Source: Eledone cirrhosa (lineage: Eukaryota). Taken from it: a stretch of DNA of 64,000 nucleotides. A program made the position numbers and the translations under genes. The notes below the pieces were generated by a model. It did not search any database and was not told the origin of the DNA. It saw nothing but the letters and a program-made list of their open reading frames with translations. Shown in pieces: positions 1 to 10,717 of this stretch (within the stretch, counting starts at the first letter, position 1; every line of letters starts with the position of its first letter). Location: the NCBI GenBank assembly GCA_964016885.1, contig OZ024743.1, positions 331,948,001-332,012,000 on the forward strand. Reading direction: 5' to 3'.

Positions 1-548
1 ACATACTATATATATATACATATACATACTATATATACATATACACATACATACTATATATACATATACACATACATACTATATATACATATACACATAC
101 ATACTATATATACATATACACATACATACTATATATACATACACACATACATACTATATATACATATACACATACATACTATATATATATATATATACAC
201 ATATATATATATATATACACATATATATGTACACATATATATAGACATATATACATATATATATATACATACATACATATATATACATATATATATACAT
301 ACATACATACACATATATATACACATATATATATACATACATACACATATATATACACATATATATATACATACATACACATATATATATATACACATAT
401 ATATACATATATACACATATATATACATATATACATATATATACATATATACACATATATATACATATATACACATATATATACATATATACAAATATAT
501 ATATATACACATATATATATATATACATATATACACATATATATAGAC

Positions 549-587
<39 letters not shown>

Positions 588-618
588 TATGTACATATAT
601 ATATATACATATGTACAT
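1..618. repeat. (TA/CA)-rich compound microsatellite
   Basis: Only AT/AC dinucleotide variants, with a 30-bp periodic sub-block at the start. Confidence 0.95.
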
Positions 619-1893
619 ATCATCATCATCATCAACGTTTAACGTCCGTGTTCCACGCTTGCATGGGTTTGGACGGGGGTAGTCCCACTTGAGGCAACAG
701 TGATTGTCTTGCTCGCATAGGACTGTCTGGCAGGTTTTCTACAGTTGGATGCCCTTCCTAACACCAACCACATTTACAGTGTGGGTCTGGGAGGTTTTTA
801 CCGTGTTGCCTACACGGCCACATTACAGCGTGGACTGTGTGTTTTTTTGTCGTGACACCTACACGATCTCATTTGTTTCGGCCTGGATGGTGTGGCACCA
901 ACATAACTTTACATAGAACGGGGTGGTGTGGATGGGGTGGGGGTGGTGGTGGTGGTGGGACGGGGGGGTATTTTGTTAGAGATGCCTACTGGCTGTAGTA
1001 GGTTTTACTATGTATTTAGGTAAGGCGGGTCTTCTCTGTTACTGAGTACCGCCAAAGGTCTCGGTCCAGTGTCATTGTCTTGGAGAGGTGTAAGTGTGTG
1101 AGGTCGGAGTTTATCAGCCCGTCCCAGGTTTTTCTAGGTCTGCCTATTCCGTGGCTACCGTCTATCTTTATTGCCCTGCACTTTGTTATACAGCTATCGA
1201 CTTTCATGCGCATCACGTGTCCATACCAACGTAGCCTTCTCTTGAGTAAACAACATCTGATCCCTCTTATTTCTAATTTTTTTCTTAGTTCGTTTATGCT
1301 TTGCCGTTCACGTATATTACTGTTACACATCCAGCGGAGCATGCAAGCTTCGTTCCTCTCTAGTCTGCGTATATCCTCTGCACACAATGCCCAGGTCTCA
1401 CTACCATGCAACATTGCTGTTCGTATGCAGGCATCGTACAACCTGCCTTTCATTTTTAGGGAGAACCCTTTAGCAGCTAATAGTGGTATAAGCTCTCTGA
1501 ACTTTTTCCAACCAGTTCTGACTCTAGCTACTGTACTTTCAGAGCACCCTCCCCCACTGCTGATTTTATCACCCAGGTAACGGAAGCTGTCCACTATTTC
1601 TATAGAACCCTCTGCGCAATTGAAAGAGCTAGTATTTTGTGGGCACTTGCTGCTACTTATTGCACCAGAGCACCGGCCACATGTAAAATCTATGTTCTTA
1701 GTTAGCTTACCTGTAATCCCACTACATCTTTTATGCACCCATACTTTGCATTTAGGACATAAAATGGAGTTTCTACCTACGCCTTTCCTACACACCTAGC
1801 ACGACCATTTCCCAGAAGGGACCGCCGCCTTATTTTCTTTCCTACAAACTAGAACTTTAGTCTTAGCCAGATTAATTTTAAGTCCTTTTGATT
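619..1893 (-). mobile_element. 5'-truncated RTE-clade LINE, subfamily A, copy A1 (PHD-like finger, RT thumb, 3'UTR, (GAT)n tail)
   Basis: ORF 1016-1795 has FRYLG, MLHGSETW, RLRWYGHV and GRPRKTW motifs typical of the RTE ORF C-terminus. The [14 protein letters not shown] motif runs to ~1890; (CAT)n tail at 619-634. Confidence 0.93.
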
Positions 1894-2596
1894 GTATATA
1901 TATATACATATGTACATATATATACATACATGTATATATACATAAATGTATATATACATATATATACATACATATACTACATATACATATACTACATATA
2001 CATATATATACATATACTATATATACATATATATACATATACTATATATTCATATATATACATATACTATATATTCATATATATACATATACTATATATA
2101 CATATATATACATATACTATATATACATATATATCCATATACTATATATACATATATATCATATACTATATATACATATATATCATATACTATATATACA
2201 TATATATCATATACTATATATACATATATATCATATACTATATATACATATATATCATATACTATATATACATATATATACATATACTATATATACATAT
2301 ATATACATATACTATATATACATATATATACATATACTATATATACATATATATACATATACTATATATACATATATATACATATACTATATATACATAT
2401 ATATACATATACTATATATACATATATATATACATATACTATATATTCATATATATACATATACTATATATATACATATATATACATATACTATATATAT
2501 ACATATATATACATATACTATATATACATATATATACATATACTATATATACATATATATACATATACTATATATACATATAAATGTATATAAATA
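1894..2596. repeat. (TA)n-derived compound microsatellite
   Basis: Repeats of CATATACTATATATACATATATA variants. Confidence 0.95.
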
Positions 2597-2647
2597 TAAT
2601 TGTTTCTACTTTAGGCACAAGGCCAGCAATTACCCAGTGCATTACTG
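2597..2647 (-). mobile_element. 3' tail fragment of the short-variant Nin/Deu-type SINE
   Basis: AATTGTTTCTACTTTAGGCACAAGGCCAGCAATTACCCAGTGCATTACTG matches the ends of the copies at 8527 and 45607. Confidence 0.75.
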
Positions 2648-2917
2648 TATAATATCCTGTAAAATAAACAAGTATGGAATCAATGATATAATGTCTTTAA
2701 TATATGTTTGTGTCTTATAAACTGTTAATTATCTGCTGTGTGCAATGAAGGAGAAGAGATAATCAGTAGAAATCATTGAAGCATGACCTCACATTCATCT
2801 GTTGCTTCAATCACTGATCCACTATTTTCCACTTGATTGCATTTCCACTAAAAATTCACTAACATTGTTAGCCAGGAGCGAAAAGACACAAAATTATATT
2901 TTGTACTGATGGGAGTT

Positions 2918-4558
2918 CTTGTTGTGGTTGTGGTGGTGGTTGTGATGGTGATGGTGGTGGTGGTGGTGGTTGTGGTTGTGGTGGTTGTGGTGGTGGTTGT
3001 TGTGGTGGTGGTGGTGGTTGTGGTTGTGGTGGTGGTTGTGGTTGTGGTGGTGGTGGTTGTGGTTGTGGTGGTGGTTGTGGTGGTGGTTGTTGTGGTGGTG
3101 GTGGTGGTTGTGGTGGTGGTGGTTGTTGTGGTGGTGGTGGTGGTGGTTGTGGTTGTGGTTGTGATGGTGGTGGTTGTGGTTGTGGTGGTGGTGGTTGTGG
3201 TGGTGGTTGTTGTGGTGGTGGTGGTGGTTGTGGTGGTGGTGGTTGTGGTGGTGGTGGTGGTGGTTGTGGTTGTGGTGGTTGTGGTGGTTGTGGTTGTGGT
3301 GGTGGTGGTTGTGGTGGTGGTTGTTGTGGTGGTGGTGGTGGTGGTTGTGGTGGTGGTGGTTGTTGTGGTGGTGGTGGTGGTGGTGGTGGTGGTGGTGGTG
3401 GTGGTTGTGGTGGTGGTGGTGGTTGTTATTGTGGTGGTGGTTGTGATGGTGGTGGTGGTGGTTGTGGTTGTGGTGGTGGTGGTTGTGGTGGTGGTTGTTG
3501 TGGTGGTGGTTGTTGTGGTGGTGGTGGTTGTTGTTGTTGTGGTGGTGGTGGTGGTGGTGGTTGTGGTGGTGGTTGTTGTGGTGGTGGTGGTGGTTGTGGT
3601 TGTGGTGGTGGTGGTGGTTGTTGTGGTGGTGGTTGTTGTGGTGGTGGTTGTTGTGGTGGTGGTGGTGGTGGTGGTTGTTGTTGTTGTGGTGGTTGTTGTT
3701 GTTGTTGTGGTGGTGGTGGTTGTGGTGGTGGTGGTGGTGGTTGTGGTGGTGGTTGTGGTGGTGGTGGTGGTTGTTGTTGTGGTGGTTGTTGTTGTGGTGG
3801 TGGTTGTTGTGGTGGTGGTTGTTGTGGTGGTTGTTGTTGTGGTTGTTGTTGTGGTGGTGGGTGTTGTTGTGGTGGTTGTTGTGGTGGTTGTTGTGGTGGT
3901 TGTTGTGGTGGTGGGTGTTGTTGTGGTGGTTGTTGTGGTGGTGGTGGTGGTGGTTGTTGTGGTGGTGGTGGTTGTTGTGGTGGTTGCTGCTGCTGTTGTG
4001 GTGGTTGTTATTGTGGTGGTGGTTGTTGTTGTGGTGGTGGTTGTTATTATGGTGGTTGTTGTTGTGGTGGTGGTTGTTATTGTGGTGGTTGTTGTTGTGG
4101 TGGTGGTTGTTATTATGGTGGTTGTTGTTGTGCTGGTGGTGGTTGTTATTGTGGTGGTGGTTGTTGTGGTGGTGGTTGTTGTGGTGGTGGTTGTTATTAT
4201 GGTGGTGGTTGTTGTGGTGGTGGTTGTTGTGGTGGTGGTTGTTGTGGTGGTTGTGGTGGTTGCTGCTGTTGTGGTGGTTGTTGTTGTTGTGGTGGTGGTT
4301 GTTATTATGGTGGTTGTTGTTGTGGTGGTGGTTGTGATGGTTGTTATCGTGGTGGTTGTTGTTGTGGTGGTGGTTGTTGTGGTGGTGGTTGTTGTTGTGG
4401 TGGTGGTTGTTATTGTGGTGGTTGTTGTTGTGGTGGTGGTTGTTATTGTGGTGGTTGTTGTTGTGGTGGTGGTTATTGTGGTGGTTGTGGTGGTTGTTGT
4501 TGTTATTGTGGTGGTTGTTGTGGTGGTGGTTGTTGTGGTGATGGTGGTTGTGGTGGTG
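2918..4558. repeat. (GTG/GTT)n trinucleotide array
   Basis: Pure GTG/GTT triplets; the poly-Val/poly-Trp ORFs are artefacts. Confidence 0.97.
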
Positions 4559-5405
4559 GTGATGTCGTTAGTGGTGGGGGTTATTGGTGGTGGTGGATGT
4601 TATTAGTGGTGGTGGTGATGTCGTTAGTGGTGGGGGTTATTATTGGTGGTGGTGGTGGATGTTGTTATTAGTGGTGGTGGTGATGTCGTTAGTGGTGGGG
4701 GTTATTATTGGTGGTGGAGGTGGTGGTGGATGTTATTAGTGGTGGTGGTGATGTCGTTAGTGGTGGGGGTTATTATTGGTGGTGGAGGTGGTGGTGGATG
4801 TTATTAGTGGTGGTGGTGATGTCATTAGTGGTGGTGGTTATTATTGGTGGTGGTGGTGGATGTTGTTATTAGTGGTGGTGGTGATGTCGTTAGTGGTGGG
4901 GGTTATTGGTGGTGGTGGTGGTGGATGTTATTAGTGGTGGTGGTGATGTCGTTAGTGGTGGGGGTTATTATTGGTGGTGGTGGTGGATGTTGTTATTAGT
5001 GGTGGTGGTGATGTCGTTAGTGGTGGGGGTTATTATTGGTGGTGGAGGTGGTGGTGGATGTTATTAGTGGTGGTGGTGATGTCGTTAGTGGTGGGGGTTA
5101 TTATTGGTGGTGGTGGTGGATGTTGTTATTAGTGGTGGTGGTGATGTCGTTAGTGGTGGGGGTTATTGGTGGTGGAGGTGGTGGTGGATGTTATTAGTGG
5201 TGGTGGTGATGTCGTTAGTGGTGGGGGTTATTATTGGTGCTGGTGGATGTTGTTATTAGTGGTGGTGGTGATGTCGTTAGTGGTGGGGGTTATTATTGGT
5301 GGTGGAGGTGGTGGTGGATGTTATTAGTGGTGGTGGTGATGTCGTTAGTGGTGGGGGTTATTATTTGTGGTTGTGGTGGTGGTGGTGGTGGATGTTATTA
5401 GTGGT
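4559..5405. repeat. ~60-65-bp minisatellite built from GGT repeats
   Basis: Unit GTGATGTCGTTAGTGGTGGGGGTTATT(ATT)GGTGGT...GGATGTTATTAGTGGTGGTG repeated about 13 times. Confidence 0.92.
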
Positions 5406-5607
5406 GATTGTTATTGTTCTGGTAGATGTTGTTTGACAATCTATTCTGCAGTCCTAATATCATTTATTACAATTATCATCATAACCATCACCTTCATCAA
5501 TCAGCCTCATTAGTATTATTGTTGTTTTATTGCTACCTCAAACCTCACCAGTTTTCTATTACTTCAACCTTGTTATTGTAATGTGTCCCTCCTTATGTCA
5601 TTAACAA

Positions 5608-5764
5608 TCGTTTCTACATTTAGCACAAGGCCAGCAATTTAAAGGGAAGGGGAAAATCAATTAAATCGAACTCAGTACGTCTGGTACGTTATCGATCCCA
5701 TGAGGTTGAAAGGTTAAACTAACCTTTGGAGGGATTTGAACTCAGAATATAAAGGGCCATAACT
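5608..5764 (-). mobile_element. Degenerate Nin/Deu-domain tRNA-derived SINE
   Basis: Homologous to copies at 7270, 8527 and 29111; B-box complement GATTTGAACTC present. Confidence 0.7.
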
Positions 5765-5882
5765 ACAAGGTGGTGCTGAAAAGTTCCTGTCTTTGGGTAA
5801 AAGATAATACAGGAGGATCAGTTAATTATAATTTTATTCAACATATTCCCCTCCCAGATTCACGCACTTATTGCAGCAGTCC
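5764..5882 (+). mobile_element. Mariner-type 5' terminal fragment
   Basis: TA|CAAGGTGGTGCTGAAAAGTTCC resembles mariner TIR starts; no partner TIR seen. Confidence 0.5.
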
Positions 5883-5926
5883 TACCTCCCCTGTATAAGT
5901 AGCAGCTCTACCCTTTTACAATAGGC

Positions 5927-6060
5927 TTAACCCTTTAACTTTCAAACCGGCCAGAATTCTCTATCTCTTTCTGTTGAAACTGGCTGTAACTGGTCGTTGA
6001 AACTGATGTTAAGGTATTCATCTCAAAATAAATACTTTCAAAATCTCATAGATTCAATAT
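5927..6060 (+). mobile_element. TTAA-CCCTTT-terminated (piggyBac-type) MITE fragment
   Basis: TTAACCCTTTAAC start; the body is the reverse-complement homologue of 35080-35180. Confidence 0.5.
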
Positions 6061-6071
6061 TATGTGAGATA

Positions 6072-6334
6072 ATTATAATATAGAGAAAAGGGGGTTATAA
6101 TATAGAGAAAGGGGTTATAATATAGAGAGAGGGGGGGTTATAATATAGAGAAAGGAGGGTTAAAATATATATAGAGAGAGGGGGTTTTAATATAGAGAAA
6201 GGAGGGTTAAAATATATATAGAGAGAGGGGGTTTTAATATATATAGAGAGAGGGGGTTTTAATATATTTAGAGAGAGGGGGTTATGATATAGAGAGAGGG
6301 GATTATCCGTGAATTTTTTCACGGGTCCAGCTAG
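6072..6334 (+). mobile_element. Short non-autonomous Helitron with an internal AG-rich minisatellite
   Basis: 3' hairpin CCGTGAA-TTTT-TTCACGG (6307-6324) followed by CTAG|T at 6331-6335; ~24-bp TATAATATAGAGAGAGGGGGT repeats upstream. Confidence 0.6.
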
Positions 6335-6554
6335 TAATAATAATTGTTTTTACTTTAGGCACAAATATCATGCCAAAATACACTGGGTAAAACATTACTT
6401 TGTTTTGTTTTGTTTCATTTACGAAAATTTTCCCTTTGTATCTTCTACCAGCTATTTTAATAAAAAAAACTTATCGGTCATTTAAAAATAATAATAATAA
6501 TAATAATAATGGTAGTGGTGATGATGGTGATGAGTAGTAGTTCTGAAATCTGAG

Positions 6555-7160
6555 CTAAATATGCATAGGGTGTTAGCCATAATTTCCTTAGCAGTTCCAG
6601 TTGTTATTTATAGCTTCAATATGTTGAACTGGTATATAAGTGAAATAAAGAGAATTGACACAAAAATTCTTGAGTTGCACCACCCAAAGACAGATGTGGA
6701 TTGTCTGTATCTTCCAGAACTCAAGGAGGCCAGGACTTGATGCAGTTTGAACTTTCTTACAAAACCACTACAATGGGACTGACCAAATATCCTGAAACAT
6801 CAAAAGACCAGGTGATAAAACTTGTTGAAAAATATGAGAAGAGTAGGAAGCTCCATTCTATCTTGAAAGACAGCAAAAGATTAGCTACTTATGTCATGAA
6901 TGATATCCATGTTGGACAGACTGAGGGAACTGAGACAACTGTTGTTATAAAGGAAGTAAAATTAATGGCTAAGATAAAAAGGCATTAACAATTAGTAAGG
7001 ACATGGAATAAACAGAGGTGCATCATTCTCGTGATCATTGGTGCACCAGATTTCATCCACCACTTGAAAAAACAGAGTACAAGGTGAGAACTCTTCAGAA
7101 ATCAGTGCTTTTAGGGCCAGTACAGCAGATATTCTTCAAAAAGCTTTCTCTATTAGATGA
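6555..7160 (+). mobile_element. Degraded, internally deleted R4/Dong-clade (RLE-type) LINE fragment
   Basis: Frameshifted translation AVPVVIYSFNMLNW...HHPKTDVDCLYLPRTQGG... and C-terminal VIIGA...LQKSVLLG resemble R4/Dong; (AAT)n tract at 6486-6510 upstream. Confidence 0.65.
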
Positions 7161-7269
7161 TAGAAGAACTAATCATTCTCCATGTCTTAAACTTATGTTA
7201 AGCCTAATGTAGAGTCCTACATAATATGCATTAATTAACACTCAAAGCTGTGTAAAAAAGATATTATCA

Positions 7270-7650
7270 ATAATGGTTTTTGATTGAGGCACAAGGCCAA
7301 CGATTTGGGGGAGAGAAAAGTCAATTAAATCGACCCCTGTGCATTACTGGTACTTCAATTTATCAACCCTGTAAGGATGAAAGGTGAGATTTGTAAAGAG
7401 CCATAAACTCTATGCTGCAAATATGTTGTCTGATGCTCTACTGATACTGCCAATACACTGCCCCGCTAATAATAATTTTCTACTTTTTGGCACCAGTGAT
7501 TACCCCAGTGCATCACTGGTACTTTATTTTATCGACCTCATAAGGATGAAAGGCAAAGTTAACCTCGGCGGATTTGAACTAGAACGCAAAGGGCCATAAC
7601 TATGCTGCAAAGCATGGTGTCTGACACTCTACCGATTCTGCCAAACCACC
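7270..7650 (-). mobile_element. Two adjacent Nin/Deu-domain SINE copies
   Basis: TTTATCGACC..TAAGGATGAAAGGCAAAGTTAACCTCGGCGGATTTGAAC core; copies at ~7270-7460 and ~7470-7650. Confidence 0.75.
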
Positions 7651-7691
7651 GAAAATGAAATCATGGTTGAAGAAGACTGGGATCAAACTTC

Positions 7692-8205
7692 AGACTGATA
7701 TATTACAGAAAACTACATTATTGTGGAAGCGCATGGCTTAGTGGTTAGAGCATTGGGCTTGCAATCAGAAAGTTATGAGTTCGATTCTCGCACCGGATGA
7801 TGCATTGCGTCTTTGAACAAGACACTTGATTTAACGTTGCTCCAGTTTACTCAGCTGTAGAAATGAGTTGCGACATCACAGGTCTCAAGCCGTATTGGCC
7901 ATTGCCTTTCTCTTGGACATCATCAGTGGTGTGGAGAGGGGAGGCTGGTAAGCAAGGGCGACTACTGGTCTTCCACAAACAACCTTGCCCGGACTTGTGC
8001 CTCGGACAGAAACTTTCTAGGTGCAAATCCCATGGTCATTCGTGACCGAAGGGAGTCTTTAACATTATTAAAGATTGATCTATTACAGATAACTACATTA
8101 TAACAGACTGATCTATTACAGAAATCTATATTATTAGATCTGATCTATTACAGAAAACTACATTATTAAATCTGATCTACCACAGAAAAAAGCATTATTA
8201 GAGAC
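7692..8205. repeat. ~31-bp minisatellite (ACTGATCTATTACAGAAAACTACATTATT) interrupted by a SINE
   Basis: One unit at 7692-7722 and about 4 units at 8062-8205. Confidence 0.75.
7725..8061 (+). mobile_element. Full-length tRNA-derived SINE (second family)
   Basis: A box TGGCTTAGTGGT, B box GAGTTCGATTC, central TTGAACAAGACACTT domain; ACATTATT on both sides (possible TSD). Confidence 0.85.
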
Positions 8206-8526
8206 TACAAGGATACTATGAAAGATGCTCAATTTTTGATCTGATGTAAGAATTTCGAAATAATTTTAGCCTAATCATTACAGGAATTTAAGAGTTAAGT
8301 TTAATTGTTCGTACGGAAAATTATGATGAAAGGTTTTTAGATAAATATAAATATCTAAAAATAAACAGCTTAATATCACAGAACCAAATGTGGTTTCAGA
8401 TAGTTTGGTATGAAAAGAGTTAAACATAAGTGACAGTTGGTATCAGGAATGCCATCTGGCCATAGAATATTGTGTATAAAGTCTTGTCCAATCCATTCCA
8501 GTATGGAAATATGAACAGGAAAACAA

Positions 8527-8700
8527 TAATTGTTTCTACTTTTGGCACAAGGCCAGCAATTATCCAGTGCATTACTGGTACTTTATTACCGTAAGGATGA
8601 AAGGCAAAGTTAACCTCGGCGGGATTTGAACTCAGAATGGCAAGGGCCGCAACTCTATGTGTCAAAGCATGGCGTCCGACCCTCTACCGATACTACCAAT
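8527..8700 (-). mobile_element. Short-variant Nin/Deu-domain SINE
   Basis: Contains core AGGATGAAAGGCAAAGTTAACCTCGGCGGGATTTGAACTC; lacks the purine-rich segment seen in the 5608, 7270 and 29111 copies. Confidence 0.8.
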
Positions 8701-8764
8701 GATTGGGAGAAATTATCATTTCATCTACATAGTTGTACATTCTTTTATTTTTTAATGGTTTCAG

Positions 8765-9030
8765 TCACCCAGTACACTATGTAGAGTGGCTGATAATCAA
8801 ATAGAGACAACACAAAGTTAAGGACACTCTTCAGGCTGGTCAAGAATGACAACCTCTTAGTGCTGGTACTGTAATAAAATGCACCCAGTACACTCTGTAA
8901 AGCAGTTGAAGATCAAACAGAAATAATGTAGAGTAGATGAAACTTTTTAATCTTGTGAAGGACATGATAACCTCTTAGTGCTCGTACTGAAATAAAATGC
9001 ACCCAGTACACTCTGTAAATTGGGTGTGCA
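8765..9030 (+). repeat. ~120-bp degenerate tandem repeat containing the RTE 3'UTR module
   Basis: (AAAATG)CACCCAGTACACTCTGTAAA recurs at ~8766, 8880 and 8998. Confidence 0.6.
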
Positions 9031-9034
9031 ATAA

Positions 9035-9947
9035 TCTATATATATAAAACTGTGGTTGTCTGTCTGTCTATCGATTTTTGGCACACATCTCCTCTTAGAA
9101 TCTCTCACAGAATTGCACCGAAATTGCTATACTTGTACATTGAGCCCTAGCGAAGACATCGGAAAAAAAAATTTCAAATTGACCCACCCTATGTGACGAA
9201 ATCGAATATAATGTATCGATTTTTGAGCGTAAGTTATCAGTTATTTCCCTTTGTTCTGTTTACATTGAGCGTCTTACGTAAAAAATTACGCTGGCTTTCT
9301 CAGCGTTTAAAATGACATTAACACAATACACGAACAGTTGTCGTCGAGCCAGCAAAATATTGACCTGCAAAATTCATCAGTTCGAACACTAAGCTTTCGT
9401 TTTGCTTCATTTCCATTTAAAAGCATTTTAAAACAATATTTTTACTTGAAAACAAGTCTATTTAAAGACTACGTAAAACAAGCAAATATTTTGTCGTTAG
9501 GCGTGCAGACAGACAGTCGTGCAGACAGACAGTCGTGCAGAGAGGTGATATACGCGTGCAGACAGATAGTCGTGCAGAGAGGTGATATAGGCGTGCAGAC
9601 AGACAGTCGTGCAGAGAGGTGATATAGGCGTGCAGACAGACATAACTGATAATTTGGTTACGCTAATGTTTTTCTCTGCGTTGCAGTGTTTACATTTTCG
9701 ATCTTTGTTAATAAATAACCAGTGCAGTTTCTATCCCCAGCATCCTCTTTTGTTATAACATTCGGGTTATCGTTATGTTTTCTTAACTTCATAAGGCATA
9801 TTGTTGGTTGAGGGAATATTAATCAAAAACACCACATGCAAGTCTGCACAGTAGACACTACAGTTTTTAAGCCAAGAAAGAAACTTAACATTGTAACTTT
9901 AACACAGCTACTGAGCGACCCCGAGCAACGCCGGACTTTACTGCTAG
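9035..9947 (+). mobile_element. Non-autonomous Helitron, copy 1 (913 bp)
   Basis: A|TCTATATATATAAAA 5' end, subterminal hairpin CCCGAGCAACGCCGG, CTAG|T 3' end, no TSD, internal 37-bp repeats; near-identical inverted copy at 45713-46665. Confidence 0.92.
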
Positions 9948-10094
9948 TTCTAAATAAAAACTGTGTTGGATTATAGCAACCCATTGAACCTATGCCAGCA
10001 TTGAAAGCAAACTTTTGATTATGATGATGGTAGTGGTGGGGTGATGATTCGATTTGGTGAGCCTATTTTCTTGCACTTCTGTTCATCAACTCTG

Positions 10095-10305
10095 GCTAAT
10101 ATTCTATTTTTACAAACATGTGGTAAATATTACAATGTTGTGCTTCTATTCATCCAAACATGTAGTAAATATTATAATGTGCTTCTATTCACCTACCCTG
10201 GTTAATATTCTATTTATACAAACATGTGGTAAAAAGTATAATGTGTTTCTGACCATCTTTCTACCCTGACCAACATTCTATTTATCCAAACATGTAGTAA
10301 ATTCT
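10095..10305. repeat. Degenerate minisatellite (CAAACATGTGGTAAATATTATAATGTGCTTCTATT)
   Basis: About four diverged units. Confidence 0.6.
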
Positions 10306-10717
10306 AGTTACCATTTACAACATTCACACCATAAAAACATTGCCTGTTTCATCATATCAGAATACGGATTCACTATATTTTTTTTAATAATTTACCCAAA
10401 TTTTTTATCTCAATTTTGCCTAATAATTGAGTTGGGGATTTTTAATTTAATCTATTACTTCCATTGTGGGACATTAAGTGACAATGTTTCGTTCTATTTA
10501 AAATCCAGGAATATTTTCTGGCAATAATACCATTGTTGCTGTCTTAATTGATTCCACAGTGGCACATTAAAACAGCTTTTTCACAGAAAGGTAAAATACA
10601 TTATCAATTACCACAATCTTAAGCTGCACTTTCACACTTCAAACTCCTCCCAGATGGATCTTTCTTATTACAGAGAAGCACTGAATGTTCAAACTGTTTC
10701 ATGTTTTTACATGATAT

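Noticed and set aside
2785-2870. Possible minus-strand micro-exon (WKCNQVENSGSVIEATDE)
   Set aside because: Weak donor, no recognisable homology and no partner exons.
2909-4606. 565-aa poly-Val ORF
   Set aside because: Trinucleotide repeat artefact.
7725-7800. tRNA gene
   Set aside because: A and B boxes continue into a SINE body; the cloverleaf is degenerate.
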